DNA from: Chloroflexota bacterium
Lineage (GTDB): Bacteria; Chloroflexota; Dehalococcoidia; Lucifugimonadales; Australimonadaceae
Reading direction: 5' to 3'
Assembly: GCA_028874795.1 (NCBI GenBank)
Contig: JAPPHT010000070.1
Span: 3,519-67,518 of the forward strand
Length of the DNA stretch: 64,000 nucleotides
Shown: one piece after another, positions 1 to 9,166 of the stretch
How the letters are laid out: each line of letters begins with the position of its first letter
How positions within the stretch are numbered: the stretch's first letter is position 1
The notes under the pieces: model-generated
What the model was told of the DNA's origin: nothing
Databases searched by the model: none
The model's input: the letters and a program-made list of their open reading frames with translations, nothing else
Translations under genes and position numbers: made by a program

Positions 1-368
1 AGCGGCCCCTGGTTGCGGTCTTCGTGACCCTGAGGGCAGACGGTTCGCCGCACGCCATCCCGATCTGGTACGAGTACAGGGACGGCGACTTCCTCGTCTT
101 CACGAGCAGCAGGTCCCAGCGGGCGAGGAACCTCGAACGCAACAGTCGTGCGGCGATCACCATCTCGACCCACGACGAGCCGTACGTGTACGTCTCCGCG
201 GAGGGGCCGGTCGCCATCACAAGCGAGGGGGTGGAGGAGACGGGGCTGTCGATCGCGCAGCGCTACATGGGCAACAGAGGCCGGCAGTTCCTGGACGACG
301 TCTACGATGAGCACTCGGTGATCCTGCGGCTAACGCCCGAGCGCATCCTCACGTGGGCCGAGGACTAG
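1..368 (+). CDS. PPOX-class (pyridoxamine 5'-phosphate oxidase-like, FMN/F420-binding split-barrel) protein; 5' end outside the window
   Basis: The frame of ORF 24..368 stays open back to base 3 (RPLVAVF-VTLRADGSPHAIPIWY). The ADGSPH-x-IPIW core and LTPERI tail fit the PPOX/F420-dependent family. Confidence 0.7.
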   Translation, partial: RPLVAVFVTLRADGSPHAIPIWYEYRDGDFLVFTSSRSQRARNLERNSRAAITISTHDEPYVYVSAEGPVAITSEGVEETGLSIAQRYMGNRGRQFLDDVYDEHSVILRLTPERILTWAED

Positions 369-379
369 CGAAGTTGATT

Positions 380-450
380 CCCTCTCCTGGGGGAGAGGGT
401 TAGGGTGAGGGCCCTGCGCGTGGTTGGGAGGAAAGCCAGGATGGGGGTGA
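380..450. repeat. Intergenic repeat modules (R6-type hairpin CCCTCTCC/GGAGAGGG + GGGTGAGGG)
   Basis: Shares the CCTCTCC..GGAGAGG hairpin and GGGTGAGGG box with more than 10 other spacers in the window. Confidence 0.7.
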
Positions 451-463
451 GTCGGGCCGTCCC

Positions 464-955
464 TCACTCGCGGTAGTTGACGTACTGCAGGGGCTGCTCG
501 ATGCCCATCTCCTTGATGAAGGCGATGACCTCCTGCAGGTCGTCGCGCTTCTTGCCGGACACCCGGAGTTCGTCGCCCTGTATCGCCAGTTGGACCCGGA
601 TCTTCGTCCCCTTCACGGCCTTGACAATCTTCCGCGCTAGGTCGCCGTCGATGCCCTGCCGGATGATGACCTGCTGACGGAGGCTGTCGCCGGTGGCCTT
701 CTGCGGCGTCTCGAACGAGAGCGACCGGCTGTCCACGTCGCGGCGGGCGAAGTACGTGTGGAGCAGGTCGTGCACCTGGCGGAGCTGGAGGTCGTTGTCG
801 GCGGTGACGGTGAGCGCGCTGCCGGAGCGTTCGACGCCCGCACGGGTGCCTTTGAGGTCGAAGCGCTGCTGCGTCTCGCGTTTCACGCCGTTGACGGCGT
901 TGTCCACCTCCGTGAGATCGACCTTTGATACAACATCGAACGACGGCATCTGCAA
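464..955 (-). CDS. yajQ: YajQ-family nucleotide-binding protein (UPF0234)
   Basis: 163 aa. MPSFDVVSKVDLTEVDNAV...QLAIQGDELRVSGKKRDDLQ matches the YajQ family over its full length. Confidence 0.9.
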   Translation of the reverse strand: MQMPSFDVVSKVDLTEVDNAVNGVKRETQQRFDLKGTRAGVERSGSALTVTADNDLQLRQVHDLLHTYFARRDVDSRSLSFETPQKATGDSLRQQVIIRQGIDGDLARKIVKAVKGTKIRVQLAIQGDELRVSGKKRDDLQEVIAFIKEMGIEQPLQYVNYRE

Positions 956-964
956 ACCTCCGGT

Positions 965-1894
965 TCAGGCGTTCTTCGCTCTGCGGGCCTGCCGCTCATA
1001 GTAGCGCACGTAGGAGACGACGACGGGCATGTAGGAGCGGTCGGCCTTCGCGGGGTCGGCGAAGAGGTGGGTGCGGACCTCAACCTCCATCTCGGCCTCG
1101 CTCTTGCCCGCGGCCATGCCGTCCTTGATGAGCTCGCCGAGCTCGATGGTGATGCGCTCGACGGCGTCGATAGCGAAGGCGGGGTTGGAGGCGAGGAAGC
1201 CGGAGTGGACGGGCAGGAGGTACTTCGGGGCGAGCTCACGCGCCTTGCGGATGGAGGCGATGCTGGCGTCGACGTCGAAGTAGGGAAGCGTCATCGGCGG
1301 GTCCGGGAGAAAGCGGGGCGGCTTGTAGTTGCCGAGGCCGTGCCCGCAGTAGAGCGCCTCGTTCGCCTCGTCGTAGACGCCGATGTGGTCCAGCGAGTGA
1401 CCAGGCATGAAGACGATGCGGTATGGCGCGCCGCTGCCGAAATCGAGCGTGTCACCGTCCTCGACGGTCGCCATGCGCTCGTCCGGTACGGGGAGGATGT
1501 CGCCGAAGACAGCCTCCCACGTTTCGCCGAAGACGTCCGCGGTGCCCGCGATGAGCCGGGCGGGGTCGCGCATGAAGGGCGCGCCGCGCGTGTGGAAGAC
1601 GGCTTTCGCGCGGGGAAGCTCCCGCACGAGCCAGCCGCTGCCCCCTGCGTGGTCTATGTGGATGTGCGACGGCACGATCCACTCTATGGCGTCCGTGTCG
1701 TGGCCCAGCTTGCGGATGGCGTCGAGCAGCTCCTCGGCGATGGACGTGGGGCCGGGGTCGAGGATCGCGGGGTGGTCGCCCGCGACGAACCACGCCGCGT
1801 GGGGCATCGCTCCGTCGGTGAAGAGCTCGGCTGTATCGCGTCCGTACTCGGTGCGGAACTCCCACACGCCGGGGAATATGCGCTCGGTCTCCAA
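965..1894 (-). CDS. MBL-fold metallo-hydrolase
   Basis: HIHIDHAGG (HxHxDH) motif. I place the start at TTG 1894, preceded by AAGGAGG plus 8 nt. The ORF-track start at 1996 reads through a repeat module (EVPAFAGTT). Confidence 0.8.
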   Translation of the reverse strand: METERIFPGVWEFRTEYGRDTAELFTDGAMPHAAWFVAGDHPAILDPGPTSIAEELLDAIRKLGHDTDAIEWIVPSHIHIDHAGGSGWLVRELPRAKAVFHTRGAPFMRDPARLIAGTADVFGETWEAVFGDILPVPDERMATVEDGDTLDFGSGAPYRIVFMPGHSLDHIGVYDEANEALYCGHGLGNYKPPRFLPDPPMTLPYFDVDASIASIRKARELAPKYLLPVHSGFLASNPAFAIDAVERITIELGELIKDGMAAGKSEAEMEVEVRTHLFADPAKADRSYMPVVVSYVRYYERQARRAKNA

Positions 1895-1957
1895 GGGGCG
1901 GGCCTCCTTCGGTGGAAGGATAGCCCGTAACGGAAGCGTTGTGTAAACGGAGCGCGA

Positions 1958-2073
1958 CTCCGTCGTCCCTGCGAAGGCGGGGACCTCGCAGCCCACCTCT
2001 CCCTCTGGGAGAGAGTCTGCCCTGAGCTTGTCGAAAGGGTCGCCACCGCAGGGCGGCGGGTGAGGGTGAACCG
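1958..2073. repeat. Composite ~115-bp repeat unit (R2 hairpin + long R6), inverted orientation
   Basis: Aligns nearly base-for-base with 5126-5242 and with the reverse complement of 24575-24684. Confidence 0.85.
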
Positions 2074-2164
2074 GTGAAGGCCGCCCCTACCTACTCGCCT
2101 CCAACGCCTGTTTGCGCTATGCTTGGCACGTTAACGCCGACATCATCTCGAGAGGAGGCGCCTC

Positions 2165-3487
2165 ATGCTGACCGCAGAGCAGAACGAACGACTTACGCGC
2201 GTTGGCCCGGGCACGCCGATGGGCGAGCTCATGCGCCGATACTGGCACCCCATCGCCGCGAGCGTCGAGCTCGATGCCGATAACCCCACAAAGGAGGTGC
2301 GCCTCCTCGGCGAGGACCTCGTCCTCTACCGCGACGCCAGCGGCACCATCGGCCTCCTCGAACCCTCCTGCGCGCACCGCAAGGCCAACCTCTCCTACGG
2401 CATACCGGAAGAGAACGGCATCCGGTGCGCCTACCACGGCTGGATATTCAATGAGACCGGACAGTGCGTGGACCAGCCGTCCGAGCCCGAAGGCTCCAAG
2501 TTCAAGGAGAAGGTCCGCATCAAGGCGTACAACGTGCAGGAGCTCGGCGGCGTCGTCTTCGCCTACATGGGCCCCCAGCCTGCGCCGCTCCTGCCCCGTG
2601 TCGACGTCCTCATGTGGCCCGGCGTCCGCCGCACGCAGTCCATCATGTTGCCGTGCAACTGGCTGCAGTGCCACGAGAATTCGCTGGACCCGCTCCACTT
2701 CCAGTGGTTGCACCGCTACTGGGGCGGCTGGGTGATGAACCGCAACAAGCCCCCCGAAGTGCGCGACGCCTGGAACGCGCGCATAGGCTCCCGCGGCGCC
2801 GACCACCGCAGGATCGGTTTCGAGGTCACGGACTACGGCGTCATCAAGCGGAGGCTCGTCGGGGACGAGACCGAGGAGGACGACCACTGGCAGATGGGGC
2901 ACCCCATCCTCTTCCCCCACGTCCTGCACATCACCTCCAACCTCCAGTACCGGGTGCCCGTGGACGACACCCACACCCTCCACTTCGTCGTCGACCTGCA
3001 GCCGCTCGAGCCCGGACAGGAGCAGCCGGACGTGGTCACCCATGAACGCGTCCCCGTCTACAACGAGGACGGGCGCATCAAGGCCGACTGGGTGCTCGGA
3101 CAGGACCAGGCCGCCTGGATCATGCAGGGCCCCATCACCGACCGCACGACCGAACGGCTTGGCGTCTCAGACGTCGGCATCATCATGTTCCGGCGCATGC
3201 TGGAGGAGCAGATGCAGATCGTCGAGAGTGGCGGCGACCCGATGAACGTGCACCGCAACCCGGACGAGAACGAGATCCTCGTCTACCCGGTGGAGCACTT
3301 TGAATACCCCGGCTACGAGGGAGGATTCCGCGGGCCGTTCAAGGACATCGTCGTCAACAACACGGTCGAGGCCGAGCTCTCCGGCGCGGGCGCGAAGCTT
3401 GCGGAGTGGGACGGCATCGAGATAGACGACCCGGCGAAGCTGGGCTCGAAGGGGCGGCGCGGCCGCCTCGTCGGCGACGTCATCTAG
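2165..3487 (+). CDS. Rieske [2Fe-2S] non-heme iron oxygenase, alpha-only (phthalate/VanA-like class)
   Basis: Rieske motif CAHRKANLS...CAYHGW. NWLQCHENSLDPLHFQWLH mononuclear-iron region. GAGGAGG RBS before ATG 2165. Confidence 0.85.
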   Translation: MLTAEQNERLTRVGPGTPMGELMRRYWHPIAASVELDADNPTKEVRLLGEDLVLYRDASGTIGLLEPSCAHRKANLSYGIPEENGIRCAYHGWIFNETGQCVDQPSEPEGSKFKEKVRIKAYNVQELGGVVFAYMGPQPAPLLPRVDVLMWPGVRRTQSIMLPCNWLQCHENSLDPLHFQWLHRYWGGWVMNRNKPPEVRDAWNARIGSRGADHRRIGFEVTDYGVIKRRLVGDETEEDDHWQMGHPILFPHVLHITSNLQYRVPVDDTHTLHFVVDLQPLEPGQEQPDVVTHERVPVYNEDGRIKADWVLGQDQAAWIMQGPITDRTTERLGVSDVGIIMFRRMLEEQMQIVESGGDPMNVHRNPDENEILVYPVEHFEYPGYEGGFRGPFKDIVVNNTVEAELSGAGAKLAEWDGIEIDDPAKLGSKGRRGRLVGDVI

Positions 3488-3513
3488 CGCGCCGCACACA
3501 CTATGCTGAACAG

Positions 3514-3545
3514 GGGGCTCGCCGCACGGCGAGCCCCTTCCGTCA
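3514..3545 (+). terminator. Hairpin downstream of the Rieske oxygenase gene
   Basis: 10-bp perfect stem GGGGCTCGCC-GCAC-GGCGAGCCCC, 27 nt after the stop. Only a short T tract (TT) follows. Confidence 0.4.
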
Positions 3546-3658
3546 TCCAGCGAAGGCTGGGACCTCGCTCCCTCTCCCCTGGTCCCCTCCACTTGAACCG
3601 CCCTTCGCCGAACGGTACGCTGCCCGCGTTGTCGCGGTTGCCATGGAAGGAGGGCCGT

Positions 3659-4030
3659 ATGAAGGCAGAGACCATGCGTTCGTGGAACTTCAGCGTCGCC
3701 GACCTCGAGGACTCGGTGCGGTTCTACCAGGGGCTGTTCGGGGCCGAGATCACGACGAGGCACCAGGTGCGGGGAGTCGACGTCGTCAGGCTCCGCGTCG
3801 GCGACTTCGCCATCGGCCTGTTCGACGGCTCGGCCGGCGAGAATGAAGGCGTCCCGCACCACACCTTCGCGATCGACGGCCCGGACGACCCTGCCGAGCT
3901 GCAGCGCGAGCTCGAAGGACGCGGCTTCGTCGTCGACCACATCCGTGAGCACCGCGGCGGAGCGGGCTATTCGCTCTATGTCGACGACCCCAACGGCAAT
4001 CACCTGGAGCTGTCCGTCGGGCAAGGCTGA
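3659..4030 (+). CDS. VOC (glyoxalase/bleomycin-resistance/extradiol dioxygenase) family protein
   Basis: 123 aa from ATG 3659 (GGAAGGAGGG RBS). VADLEDSVRFYQGLFG...HHTFAI...GNHLEL is the typical VOC fold signature. Upstream ORF-track residues are repeat-derived. Confidence 0.75.
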   Translation: MKAETMRSWNFSVADLEDSVRFYQGLFGAEITTRHQVRGVDVVRLRVGDFAIGLFDGSAGENEGVPHHTFAIDGPDDPAELQRELEGRGFVVDHIREHRGGAGYSLYVDDPNGNHLELSVGQG

Positions 4031-4122
4031 TCCGTCGCCATGCCCCATCACCCGTCATTCCAGAGTGACCGTCAGGTCACGCGGTGGGGTGCGGGGGCGG
4101 TGTCTGTCGAAGGGGCGTCCCT

Positions 4123-5049
4123 GTGAACCAACCCCGTACTCCCATCATCGTGGTGCTCGGCAGCATCAACATGGACCTCATCGGGGCCGCTCCCCGGCTG
4201 CCGTCGCCCGGCGAGACCGTTCTGGGCGGCGACTTCTACACGGCGCCGGGCGGCAAGGGCGCCAACCAGGCGGTCGCAGCGGCCCTGCAGGGCGCATCGG
4301 TGAGCATGATCGGCCGCGTGGGCAGCGACGCATTCGGCCCTCAGCTCCTGGACAACCTGCGCGCCTGCGGCGTCGACGTGAGCGGCGTCATGCAGGACGC
4401 CGATGCCCCGTCCGGCGTTGCGATGATCCTCCTCGACGAGTCCCGCCAGAACCGTATCCTGGTTGCCAGCGGAGCGAACATGCGCTGCGACGATGCCCAG
4501 GTCGACGCCGCGGCGTCGGCGCTCCACGAGGCGGACGCCCTGATGCTCCAGTGCGAGATACCGGCTGCCGTGTCGCTGAGCGCCGCCCGCATCGCGAGGG
4601 AGAGGGGCGTGCGCGTCGTCTGGGACCCCGCGCCCGCCGACGCATTCCCGCCGGAGGCGTACGCCCTCGTCGACGTACTGACCCCGAACCAGGCCGAGGC
4701 AGCCGCGCTGACCGGCATCGACGTCACGGACGCGGCGTCTGCGGAAGCCGCGGCTCGCGCACTGCTCGACCGCGGCGTGCGCGCGGCCGTCGTGAAGATG
4801 GGCGAGGCCGGCGCGTTCTACCTGTCGGACGAGGGGAGCGGGTACGTGCCTCCCTTCGAGGTTCAGGCGGTCGACACCGTCGCGGCGGGCGACGCCTTCG
4901 GCGCTGCGATGACGTACGCCTTGGCCGAGGGCAGACCGCTGAGCGAAGCGGTCCGCCATGGCGCCGCCGCGGGAGCGCTGGCCGTCACCCGCCCCGGCGC
5001 CCAGGACGCCATGCCCACCCGCACGGAAGTGGAAACGCTCCTCGCCTGA
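4123..5049 (+). CDS. rbsK: Ribokinase (PfkB family)
   Basis: IIVVLGSINMDL...GETVLGGDFYTAPGGKGANQAVAAA...DTVAAGDAFGAA are ribokinase motifs. The GTG 4123 start (AAGGGG 7 nt upstream) is preferred over 4084, but the start is uncertain. Confidence 0.8.
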   Translation: MNQPRTPIIVVLGSINMDLIGAAPRLPSPGETVLGGDFYTAPGGKGANQAVAAALQGASVSMIGRVGSDAFGPQLLDNLRACGVDVSGVMQDADAPSGVAMILLDESRQNRILVASGANMRCDDAQVDAAASALHEADALMLQCEIPAAVSLSAARIARERGVRVVWDPAPADAFPPEAYALVDVLTPNQAEAAALTGIDVTDAASAEAAARALLDRGVRAAVVKMGEAGAFYLSDEGSGYVPPFEVQAVDTVAAGDAFGAAMTYALAEGRPLSEAVRHGAAAGALAVTRPGAQDAMPTRTEVETLLA

Positions 5050-5052
5050 TCT

Positions 5053-5242
5053 CCGTCATTCCAGCACCGACTGGAATCTAGGGTGCGCGGGCAGCGCACG
5101 ACGCGCCGCGAAGCGGACGCGCAACCTCCGTCGTTCCTGCGGAGGCAGGAACCTTGCAGCCCACCTCGCCCTCTGGGAGAGAGCCTGCCCTGAGCTTGCC
5201 GAACGGGTCGCCGCGCGACAGCGGCGAGTGAGGGTGAACCGG
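5053..5242. repeat. Repeat mosaic: inverted R1 (5053-5099) + composite R2/R6 unit (5126-5242)
   Basis: CGTCATTCCAGCACCGACTGGAATC hairpin, then CCGTCGTTCCTGCGGAGGCAGGAACC..CTCTGGGAGAGAG..CCTGAGCTTGCCGAACGGG..GAGTGAGGGTGAACCGG. Confidence 0.85.
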
Positions 5243-5327
5243 TGAGGTGTAGTGGGTGCGCGCTTGCGCGGCGGATGAGGGTTGGCGTGACGTGCTAATC
5301 TTCCCGCGCGGAGAAGGGGGTGTCGCC

Positions 5328-6581
5328 ATGCAACGATCGAATGGCTCGCTGACCATCCACGCGGGAAGAGTGCTAGACGGCACGGGCGCGGCAGCCGCAA
5401 CCAACGTCGTCGTGCGGATAGAGGGATCGCGCATCGCGTCGGTAGGCCCGGCTTCCGACGCCGAGCCCCCCGGCGGGCAGGTGCTCGACTTCCCAAACGC
5501 AACGCTCCTGCCCGGCCTGATCGACTGCCACACGCACACGAACATGCCGGGCGACGGCAGGCGCGGCGAGGACGTGCACCTCGTCGACGACGACGCCATC
5601 CGCCTGCTGCGCTCGGCGCACAACGTCGGGCGAGCCCTCGAGACCGGCGTCACAACCGTCTGCGACTGCGGAGGCTGGAACCAGACCACCTTCCGCCTCA
5701 AGGAAGGCCTGCAGCAGGGCGTGGTGCACGGCTCCCGGGTCCTCGCCTCCGGCCGCCCGATAACGGTCAGCGGCGGACACTGCTGGTTCATGGGCTCCGA
5801 GGCCGACGGCGTGGACGGCGTCCGGCACGCCGCGCGTCTGCTCATCAAGGAGGGCGCCGACTTCCTCAAGGTGATGGCGACCGGCGGCAGCACGCTCGGC
5901 AGCGACCCCTTCCGTCCCCAGTTCTCCCCAGAGGAGCTGACGACGATCTCGCTGGAAGGACACCGTCGCGACCGAAAGGTCGTCGCGCACTGCCGCTCGA
6001 ACGAGGCCATGCGGATGGTCGTCGACGCCGAATACGACGCGATCATGCACGGCTGGTTCACCGATGAACACGGCGCGCGGGTCTTCGACGAGCACCTGGC
6101 TGCCGACATCGCGTCTCGAGGCATCTGCGTGAACCCCACGCTGCAGATCACGCGCAGCCGCATTCCCATCCTCCAGGACCGCGTCGACCGCGGGGTTGCC
6201 ACCGATGAGGAGACGGCGATGCTGGACCGGATGCGCCGCGGCCACGCCACGACCCTCGAGCAGGTGGGCAAGTTGATCGAGCACGGCGTGCAGCTGATGG
6301 CCGGGTCCGACTGCGGATGGGGCGTTTACCCGTTCGGGCGCTTCGACCTGGAGCTCGCCGCGATGGTGGACGCGGGACTGACGCCCGCCGGAGCGGTCGC
6401 CTCAGCGACCGGAGGCAACGCCAGGGCGCTCGGCATCGACGATACGGTCGGCACCGTTGCGCCGGGCAAGGAGGCAGACCTGCTCATCGTCGACGGCAAC
6501 CCGGACGAACAGATCTCAGACGTCGCTCGCGTCCTCGCCGTCGTCAAGGCCGGACGGGTCGTCGTCAACAACGCCACCTGA
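5328..6581 (+). CDS. Amidohydrolase-family metal-dependent hydrolase
   Basis: LLPGLIDCHTHTN (HxH) plus later H/D ligands. ATG 5328 follows GAGAAGGGGG. Residues upstream in the ORF track lie in repeat DNA. Confidence 0.8.
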   Translation: MQRSNGSLTIHAGRVLDGTGAAAATNVVVRIEGSRIASVGPASDAEPPGGQVLDFPNATLLPGLIDCHTHTNMPGDGRRGEDVHLVDDDAIRLLRSAHNVGRALETGVTTVCDCGGWNQTTFRLKEGLQQGVVHGSRVLASGRPITVSGGHCWFMGSEADGVDGVRHAARLLIKEGADFLKVMATGGSTLGSDPFRPQFSPEELTTISLEGHRRDRKVVAHCRSNEAMRMVVDAEYDAIMHGWFTDEHGARVFDEHLAADIASRGICVNPTLQITRSRIPILQDRVDRGVATDEETAMLDRMRRGHATTLEQVGKLIEHGVQLMAGSDCGWGVYPFGRFDLELAAMVDAGLTPAGAVASATGGNARALGIDDTVGTVAPGKEADLLIVDGNPDEQISDVARVLAVVKAGRVVVNNAT

Positions 6582-6623
6582 TCCCTTCCCCTTGACGGGG
6601 GAAGGCGAGGATGGAGGTGAACC
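6582..6623. repeat. R4 module (inverted) directly after the amidohydrolase stop codon
   Basis: TCCCTTCCCCTTGACGGGGGAAGGCGAGGATGGAGGTGAACC. The same module occurs at 13416, 25982, 27580 and 31255. Confidence 0.85.
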
Positions 6624-6660
6624 GGCGGGGCTGCGGGAAGCAGGCCCGTTCAGACCAGCC

Positions 6661-7725
6661 CTAGGGCCGGAACAGCACCATGCACTTGTTGGAGTTGAAG
6701 ACGTACGTCTCGACGTAGTCGAGGACCTCCGGCTTCCGGTCCAGTTCGGCCATGGCGCCCAGGAGGCAGGCCCAGTTCAGCAGCTCCTGCTGACCTGCCG
6801 CCTCAATCTCCGGCGTGGAGACGCGGCTCCAGGCGTCGTAGTCGCCGGCCTGGAGCGACTCGAACATCATGCGGTCGGATTCCAGGTCCGGCCAAAGGAA
6901 GTAGTTCTTGTCCGTCAGGAAGGCGTGCGACCAGCTTGACGACGCCACCAGGGCCACGCGCCACGGGCTCTCCTGGATCGCCCGGGCGAGCGCCGCACCC
7001 ACCTGCATGCAGCGCCTGGGTGACGGCCCCGGAGGGTCGGGCTCCAGGAAGACGCCGTCCCGTTTCTGGGGTAGTGCTCCGCCCCGGTTGCTGATGACCT
7101 TGCTCCCGTAGCAGTTGACCATGAGCGGCACCACCGGTACGTCGAACCCCTCCCGGTCGTAGTCCAGGTACAGCAGCGTGTTCAGGATCGAGTGGGGCAA
7201 CCCGGGGGTGTGCAGCGGCTTGTAGGCGTAGGCCATGTCCACGCCCTGATCGATCATCTGGGCGGTGAGCCACCGGGCCGCCTGGGCGTGGCCCCGGTAG
7301 CTGAAGACCTTCTCCACCGGCTCGTTCCAGGCGTTGCGGCTGCCGGCTGCATAACCCCTCATGAAGGGAGTCGACTCAGAGTCTTCATACGCCAGGATGC
7401 AGAACGGCGGGATGATGTCGTCCCTGAAGTTCTCGTACTGGTCGTCCCCGACTACCAGGATGAAGTCAGGGTCGAAGGCTTCGATCTCCCTCTTGACCGC
7501 CCGGAAACTGCTCACCAGCCGCTCCCGGTGGGCGGTCGCCGAGGCGACGCCTTCGTCTTCCCCGTACTCCACGCGCATCGGTTCCGGCCAGTTGATCGGG
7601 CTCTTCATGTGCTCCGGAACGCGCTCGTCGTACTTGAGCGTGGTGTGGATGACGAACTTCTTCTCCTCATCGGCCACCAGCATCGGTGGGTAATGGGTCA
7701 CTCCAGCGCCGAATATCTCAGCCAT
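6661..7725 (-). CDS. LigB-family (class III) extradiol ring-cleavage dioxygenase
   Basis: GAGVTHYPPM N-terminus, FILVVGDDQYENF, VVPLMVNCYG. The overall pattern matches the catalytic LigB subunit family. Confidence 0.75.
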   Translation of the reverse strand: MAEIFGAGVTHYPPMLVADEEKKFVIHTTLKYDERVPEHMKSPINWPEPMRVEYGEDEGVASATAHRERLVSSFRAVKREIEAFDPDFILVVGDDQYENFRDDIIPPFCILAYEDSESTPFMRGYAAGSRNAWNEPVEKVFSYRGHAQAARWLTAQMIDQGVDMAYAYKPLHTPGLPHSILNTLLYLDYDREGFDVPVVPLMVNCYGSKVISNRGGALPQKRDGVFLEPDPPGPSPRRCMQVGAALARAIQESPWRVALVASSSWSHAFLTDKNYFLWPDLESDRMMFESLQAGDYDAWSRVSTPEIEAAGQQELLNWACLLGAMAELDRKPEVLDYVETYVFNSNKCMVLFRP

Positions 7726-7767
7726 CTCTGACCTCCGCTTTCTGCGTCCTCATGGCTCGGAGCCGTC

Positions 7768-8910
7768 TCAATAGACACCGGGGAAGATACGATACTTCAC
7801 CCGCGCCTTGTACTCTGCCCACTTCTCTTCGCCGTACTTCTCGGCGCAGTGCTTGTCGTCGTCGCGTTGGCGCGAGGTGAAGAGCGACACGATGAAGACG
7901 AAGTAGACCCACGCCCACGGATTGCCGAAGTGGCCGAACACCAGCGCGATCGAGAGCGACGCGAACCCCTCGCCCATGTAGTTGAAGTGCCGGGCAACGC
8001 CCCAGTAACCGCTGTACAGGATCTTGCGCTCACCGACCTCGATGTACTTCGGCTCGATGATGCCGAGGAACTTGCGGTCAGGGAACCGCTTGAACATGTA
8101 CTTCTGCATGTTCGCGCCGCGCGAAATGCTCCACCCGAACAGGAACAGCAGCGGCGTGCCGATGAGCCAGACGTACGTCCACGGCGCTGAGAACCCGGGG
8201 TCCGGGTGGGCGGCCATGCCCCACAGCGGAAGGATGAACAGCCATCCGTAGATGACGAGCCCGCCCCAGAACAGCATGAAGCCGAGCCGCTCGTGGATGA
8301 GGTCGTAGGTGTACAGCTGGACGCGCTCGAAGACGAAGTAGTCCGTGATGTAGAACGTGAAGAACGCCGCGTACAGGAACACGCCGGGGTTGGCGTCGGC
8401 GCCGAAGCGGTCGTAGTGGTACGCGGCCCCGGACAGCGCGTTGAGCGAGAGCATCGCCCCGCCGACGACGTAGAACCACATCTTGATGTCGAATCGGTCC
8501 TTGAACAGGGAGATCTCCCGCACCCGCCCGGTCCACAGCTCCGCCAGGGGGCCTTTCGTACTGTCGCCCTTCGGCTGGCTGAACACCGCCGCGATCGCGA
8601 AGATGAGCGTGAAGACCGTTCCGCCCGCCACAGAGTAGACCGACGCCCGGTAGAACCACTCGCGCGGCATCCCGGTGATCTCGGTAGCCCACACGACCAG
8701 CACGATAACGAACACCAGGAGGCCGTTCAGCCGGTAGTTGCGGGGTTGGCCGGTCGCCTCGTCGATGACGTAGCCGGGCACCCGCCGTGCGGGCAGGATG
8801 ATCTGCAACACGGCGAACACGGCGAAGATGATGAGCGGCGTGAAGAAACCCCAGACCGCTTCCGTCCCGGAAAGCTCGAAGAGGTGTTCGATGCCGAGCC
8901 ACTCAATCAT
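7768..8910 (-). CDS. ERG4/ERG24-type (sterol-reductase-like) polytopic membrane reductase
   Basis: 380 aa from ATG 8910 (GGAGG 8 nt upstream). Multi-TM. RFDIKMWF, LYSGYWGVARHFNYMGE and the C-terminal RQRDDDKHCAEKYGEEKWAEYKARVKYRIFPGVY resemble the ERG4/ERG24 signatures. Confidence 0.65.
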   Translation of the reverse strand: MIEWLGIEHLFELSGTEAVWGFFTPLIIFAVFAVLQIILPARRVPGYVIDEATGQPRNYRLNGLLVFVIVLVVWATEITGMPREWFYRASVYSVAGGTVFTLIFAIAAVFSQPKGDSTKGPLAELWTGRVREISLFKDRFDIKMWFYVVGGAMLSLNALSGAAYHYDRFGADANPGVFLYAAFFTFYITDYFVFERVQLYTYDLIHERLGFMLFWGGLVIYGWLFILPLWGMAAHPDPGFSAPWTYVWLIGTPLLFLFGWSISRGANMQKYMFKRFPDRKFLGIIEPKYIEVGERKILYSGYWGVARHFNYMGEGFASLSIALVFGHFGNPWAWVYFVFIVSLFTSRQRDDDKHCAEKYGEEKWAEYKARVKYRIFPGVY

Positions 8911-8984
8911 GGCGGGATACCTCCTCTCTCTCGACGCGGCCATTATGAGCGTGGGCACCGAGGCGGTCAACGACAGACGGAGCA

Positions 8985-9075
8985 TCGTCATGCTGAGCGA
9001 AGCCGGAGGCGAAGTCCTGCGCCTCAGCACGCAACATCCTCTCGGGTGCGTCCGTCGTTCTCGCGAGGCCCACGC
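8985..9075. repeat. Degenerate R3/R2-type modules in the divergent spacer
   Basis: CATCGTCATGCTGAGCGAAGCCGGAGG..CAACATCCTCTC is the reverse complement of the module family seen at 15925-16018. Confidence 0.6.
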
Positions 9076-9166
9076 GCAGCGGCGGGGCTGAGGGCCTGCC
9101 CCATCCCCCCTCGGTATCTTTGGTATGCTCGCTCCCGATGCCCATCTCCCATGACGGAGGTCCGCC

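Noticed and set aside
965-1996. ORF-track N-terminal extensions at several genes: 965..1996, 3503..4030, 5256..6581, 7768..9174, 24935..25972, 27662..28201, 44144..45175, 46813..48753, 48564..50564, 56083..57438, 14143..15924, 14038..15795
   Set aside because: The extra residues are translated repeat modules (EVPAFAGTT, GAHEGRPY and similar) or overlap neighbouring genes. Internal starts with GGAGG-type RBS give family-typical N-termini.
9121-9129. Extended -10 (TGgTATGCT) upstream of the cyclase gene, and TAGAAT (50416-50421, minus strand) upstream of dnaG
   Set aside because: They are plausible promoters, but each rests on a single hexamer with no -35. That is too weak to list as a feature without transcription start site data.
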